Positions 33,559-36,133 of a stretch of DNA of 36,133 nucleotides are shown here, piece by piece. How positions within the stretch are numbered: the stretch's first letter is position 1; every line of letters begins with the position of its first letter. The position numbers and the translations under genes were made by a program. The stretch is from NCBI GenBank assembly GCA_946615875.1, contig CAMOIK010000002.1:1-36133 (forward strand), given 5' to 3'. This DNA comes from an uncultured Verrucomicrobiota bacterium. Lineage in GTDB: Bacteria > Verrucomicrobiota > Kiritimatiellia > RFP12 > UBA1067. The notes under the pieces were generated by a model. That model had not been told where the DNA came from. It did no database searches and saw nothing but the letters and a program-made list of their open reading frames with translations.

Positions 33559-35424
33559 CTATGCCGTATGTGCGGCGGAAACGGCTCCGCGCTTTATGAT
33601 TACGGCCAGAACCGCTATGTCGGCAGGGTTCACGCCTGGGATTCTCGCCGCCTGAAGCAATGTTTCCGGGCGATGCTCGCGGAGTTTCTGGCGGCTTTCA
33701 AAACGCAGCGCCGTGCACGCGTCATAATCCAGCCAATGCGGGATGGCGACGGATTCGCATTCGCGAAGCCGATCCGCGGCCTTCTTTTCCTGTTCGATAT
33801 AGGGGGCGTAATGGCGCATTATCGCAAGCTCCCGTTCTATGTCTTCGGCCGAAAACCAGCGCGACACGGGCGGCGGAAGGTCGGAACGCCCCGTAGCCAT
33901 TGCCGCCTCCATGTAGTCTAAAACTCGTTTTGTCGCGGCAATCTGGTCGCGACCGACAATGCCAATTCGTTCAGCGGCGGACACCAGGCGGAACCTGGCA
34001 TTGTCCTGGCGCAGCAACAGGCGGCGCTCGGCACGGCTCGTAAACATCCGATATGGTTCGTCCGTGCCTTTCGTGACAAGATCGTCGATCATCACGCCAA
34101 TGTAGGCGTCTTGCCGGATCAAGACCAGTCCATCTTCGCCGCGAGACTTGAAAGCGGCGTTTACGCCCGCCACAAAACCCTGCGCGGCCGCCTCTTCATA
34201 GCCGGTCGTGCCGTTTATCTGCCCGGCGAAAAACAATCCGGGCACGCGCTTTGCCTCAAGAGTGTGGCGCAGTTCGCGCGCGTCTATCGCGTCGTATTCA
34301 ATCGCGTATGCATACGCCAGGAAGCGGGCGCGTTCCAGTCCCGGAACGGAATGGACCATCCGCACCTGCACCTCCTCAGGGAGGGAGCAGCTGAGTCCGT
34401 TCGGATATATGACGGAGCCGGACGAATCTTCCGGCTCGAGTACCACATGGTGGGACTCTGCATTTGCAAACCTTACTATCTTGTCCTCGATCGAAGGGCA
34501 GTATCTGACGCCCGTTCCCTCGATTGCGCCGCCGTAGAGCGCCGATCTTTTGAGGTTTTCCCGGATTATTTCGTGTGTTTCCTGGGTGGTGTGGGTCATA
34601 TAGCACGGCATTTCAGGCAGTTGGCGGCGCTGTTCCACGTGGAACACTTGCCCAAACCGAGCGCCGTCCTCCGCCGCGCCATCCAAGCCGCGATGTTCCA
34701 CGTGGAACACGGGGCGGGGGATTTCGCCGTCTTCGCGGACGCAAGACCCAAAATCGCACGACTCGGCGGCGAGGCGAGGCGGGGTTCCCGTCTTGAGACG
34801 AAACATCCGAAACCCCAACCGCTCAAGGGATTCAGAAAGAAGATCGGCCGCCGGTCGTCCGTCGCCGCCGCCGGACGACCCGTCCTTGCCAATCCATATA
34901 CGTCCGCGCAAACTGGTCCCGGCGGTCAAGACCACCGCGTCGGCCCTGACGACCGCTCCGCTCCGGACGCGAACACCCTCACACATCGGCGTCTGGTCAC
35001 GCTCCCGCCGCCCCGAATCGTCGCCGACAAGAACCTCGACGGCGACATCCTCAAGAACGGAAAGATTCGGCGCATTCTCTATCACGCCCTGCATCCGCTC
35101 CGAATATTCCTTTTTGGCGCACTGCACGCGGGTCGCCCGGACCGCGGGGCCGCGGCTCATGTTCAGCGTCTTGGCGTGCATGGCGGTCTCATCGGCGTTC
35201 AATCCCATCTCGCCGCCCAAGGCGTCAAGCTCATAGACAAGATGGCTCTTGGCGAGTCCTCCGATCGCGGGGTTGCAGGGCATCTTGGCAATATCCGCTT
35301 TTTTCGCGGTGACGAGGAGCGTGGCGGCGCCCATGCGGGCGCTGGCCAAGGCGGCCTCCGCGCCTGCATGGCCGCCGCCGACCACTACTACGTCGTATTT
35401 CCATTGATTTTCCATGACATCCAT
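33559..35424 (-). CDS. mnmG: tRNA uridine 5-carboxymethylaminomethyl modification enzyme MnmG (GidA).
   Basis: 621 aa. Motifs [94 protein letters not shown]. An alternative start lies 3 codons downstream (MENQ...). Confidence 0.95.
   Translation of the reverse strand: MDVMENQWKYDVVVVGGGHAGAEAALASARMGAATLLVTAKKADIAKMPCNPAIGGLAKSHLVYELDALGGEMGLNADETAMHAKTLNMSRGPAVRATRVQCAKKEYSERMQGVIENAPNLSVLEDVAVEVLVGDDSGRRERDQTPMCEGVRVRSGAVVRADAVVLTAGTSLRGRIWIGKDGSSGGGDGRPAADLLSESLERLGFRMFRLKTGTPPRLAAESCDFGSCVREDGEIPRPVFHVEHRGLDGAAEDGARFGQVFHVEQRRQLPEMPCYMTHTTQETHEIIRENLKRSALYGGAIEGTGVRYCPSIEDKIVRFANAESHHVVLEPEDSSGSVIYPNGLSCSLPEEVQVRMVHSVPGLERARFLAYAYAIEYDAIDARELRHTLEAKRVPGLFFAGQINGTTGYEEAAAQGFVAGVNAAFKSRGEDGLVLIRQDAYIGVMIDDLVTKGTDEPYRMFTSRAERRLLLRQDNARFRLVSAAERIGIVGRDQIAATKRVLDYMEAAMATGRSDLPPPVSRWFSAEDIERELAIMRHYAPYIEQEKKAADRLRECESVAIPHWLDYDACTALRFESRQKLREHRPETLLQAARIPGVNPADIAVLAVIIKRGAVSAAHTA
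34631..34646. promoter_or_regulatory. parS: parS-type ParB/Spo0J binding site, perfect 16-bp palindrome TGTTCCACGTGGAACA (copy 1).
   Basis: Read directly from the sequence. It matches 15/16 positions of the Bacillus-type parS TGTTCCACGTGAAACA and fits the consensus tGTTNCACGTGAAACa as a symmetric TGTTCCAC half-site dimer. It lies inside mnmG and encodes VFHVEQ. Confidence 0.7.
34694..34709. promoter_or_regulatory. parS: parS-type ParB/Spo0J binding site, perfect 16-bp palindrome TGTTCCACGTGGAACA (copy 2).
   Basis: An identical 17-nt string TGTTCCACGTGGAACAC lies exactly 63 bp (21 codons) from copy 1. It encodes VFHVEH. Confidence 0.7.
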
Positions 35425-35712
35425 AGTCTAGCACACCCGCGGCGGAATTGTGAACAATTATTTATATTTTGTTATGCGGCCAATTCGCATACAGTGGCGT
35501 GCGAAAAACCCAATAAAAACAGGGCTGAACAAATTTCGCCGGATTTTGTCAAGGGATAAAGGGCGATTTCGTGTAAACAATTATCAAGAAGTTATCTACA
35601 AAACCGGCACAGGCTTTGAGAAAGGCTTTCCACGAGCCGTCTATCGCTCCAAAGTCCGTCGGGGAAACGTCTGCAAGAGCTGGGGGAGGCCCCGTGGGTG
35701 GTTCTCAAAACC

Positions 35713-35815
35713 CCATGGATGGCGTTCACGCGATCCCATAAGATGGACAACCGAGATTCCATAGATTGAAAACGAGGGGGTGCCATAGATGGTCGCCGAG
35801 GGGTGCCATGGAAGG
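35713..35815. repeat. Array of five phased inverted-repeat motifs CCAT-N2-3-ATGG (iteron/operator-like) in the non-coding region upstream of mnmG.
   Basis: CCATGGATGG (35713), CCATAAGATGG (35736), CCATAGATTG (35759), CCATAGATGG (35783), CCATGGAAGG (35806). Spacings are 23, 23, 24 and 23 bp. Units 4 and 5 share a longer repeat, GAGGGGTGCCATNGANGGTC. A more degenerate unit may start at about 35692. Confidence 0.55.
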
Positions 35816-36133
35816 TCTCTAGAGATTTGCGGGAACGAAGGACGTGCACGGTTATTGGTCAAGGCAAAACCTGGCGGTTGCACGGCATCAGCGTCCACTT
35901 TCGTAAAAATTTCGCTGTCGCCGTGAACAGTGGCTGGAGTTTACCCATTTTTTGAGCGTGGAAATGCGTCGCACCCTAGTAAATAAAGGCTAAAGTGCGT
36001 TTCGGGATGTGGTTTTCGGCGTTTCGCGTCCGAAACGGCTATCCGTCGTCGGTGTCAAGGAGTTCGGCGAAGCCCGGCAGAAGCTGGATCGCCGGGATCT
36101 CTGGAGCTTTGGTGCTGGTCTAAAATGATTTTG

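Noticed and set aside
33397-33921. Plus-strand 174-aa ORF spanning the mnmG 3' end and the intergenic region.
   Set aside because: It overlaps the well-supported mnmG CDS on the opposite strand, and the remainder is the C-rich G4/hairpin region. No coding signature is present.
35450-35764. Plus-strand ORF of 104 aa (and minus-strand 85-aa ORFs at 35592-35898) in the mnmG upstream region.
   Set aside because: The composition is Lys/Arg/Trp-rich and the periodic 'GW/HG' pattern is simply the translated DNA repeat. There is no RBS and no family resemblance. The region is treated as non-coding, though a small protein cannot be formally excluded.
35713-35815. Could the phased repeats be a CRISPR array?
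   Set aside because: The conserved part is only about 10 bp and degenerate, the period is 23-24 bp, far shorter than repeat plus spacer, and no cas genes are present.
35640-35830. Possible RNase P RNA or another housekeeping ncRNA (strings AAAGTCCG, GGGGTGCCA and GGGGAAAC resemble RNase P conserved regions).
   Set aside because: The order and spacing do not match bacterial RNase P: there is no GAGGAAAGUCCGGGC core and no ACAGAACCCGGCUUA-type 3' element. No tRNA T-loop, tmRNA or SRP signatures were seen either. The resemblance is better explained by the CCAT...ATGG repeat array.
35551-36050. Cluster of DnaA boxes defining oriC.
   Set aside because: Only one 8/9 match (TTATCTACA, 35592-35600) was found. 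Other candidates (35551-35559, 35581-35589, 36009-36017, 36039-36047) match 6/9 or fewer. The origin idea is kept as a hypothesis only, not annotated as a feature.
36042-36133. Possible 3' end of another minus-strand gene entering from the right edge (frame ending ...DPGDPASAGLRRTP*, stop near 36058).
   Set aside because: Only about 25 codons are visible, with no recognisable motif. It cannot be supported from this window.

Overview
High-GC window, by eye well above 55% GC except for three short AT-richer intergenic stretches. It is almost fully occupied by 13 genes, all on the minus strand. In transcription order (high to low coordinates) they are as follows. (1) mnmG/gidA, which carries two perfect 16-bp parS-type palindromes in-frame. 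(2) A FucP/GlcP-type sugar MFS transporter. (3) A giant secreted protein of 3238 aa, with a glycine-rich domain, DUF2341, LamG and a lamin-tail-like domain. (4) A 193-aa membrane-anchored coiled-coil protein. (5) A second giant secreted protein of 4370 aa, with a LamG core flanked by about 17 dispersed thrombospondin type-3-like DxDxDG calcium motifs. (6-8) ackA, pta and kdsD. (9-13) A five-gene pilus-like cluster whose order and architectures match the Akkermansia Amuc_1102 -> Amuc_1098 locus: a secreted 1102-like protein, a PilM-PilN fusion, an Amuc_1100-family protein, a zinc-ribbon/TSP3 protein, and the 5' end of a putative secretin. The Amuc-type families suggest a PVC-superphylum organism (Verrucomicrobiota, Lentisphaerota or Kiritimatiellota). 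This is an inference. The ~0.7-kb non-coding region upstream of mnmG holds five CCAT-N2-3-ATGG inverted repeats phased every 23-24 bp. Together with parS and the uniform gene orientation, this suggests the window is origin-proximal. The most novel-looking content is the ~23-kb 'giant - coiled-coil - giant' module lying upstream of, and possibly co-transcribed with, the pilus-like alignment-complex/secretin cluster. All family assignments come from reading the translations by eye. No HMM or BLAST search was run. ORF-track starts were trimmed to signal-peptide/RBS-supported ATGs where the track over-extends. The long plus-strand ORFs are judged to be antisense artefacts of high GC.
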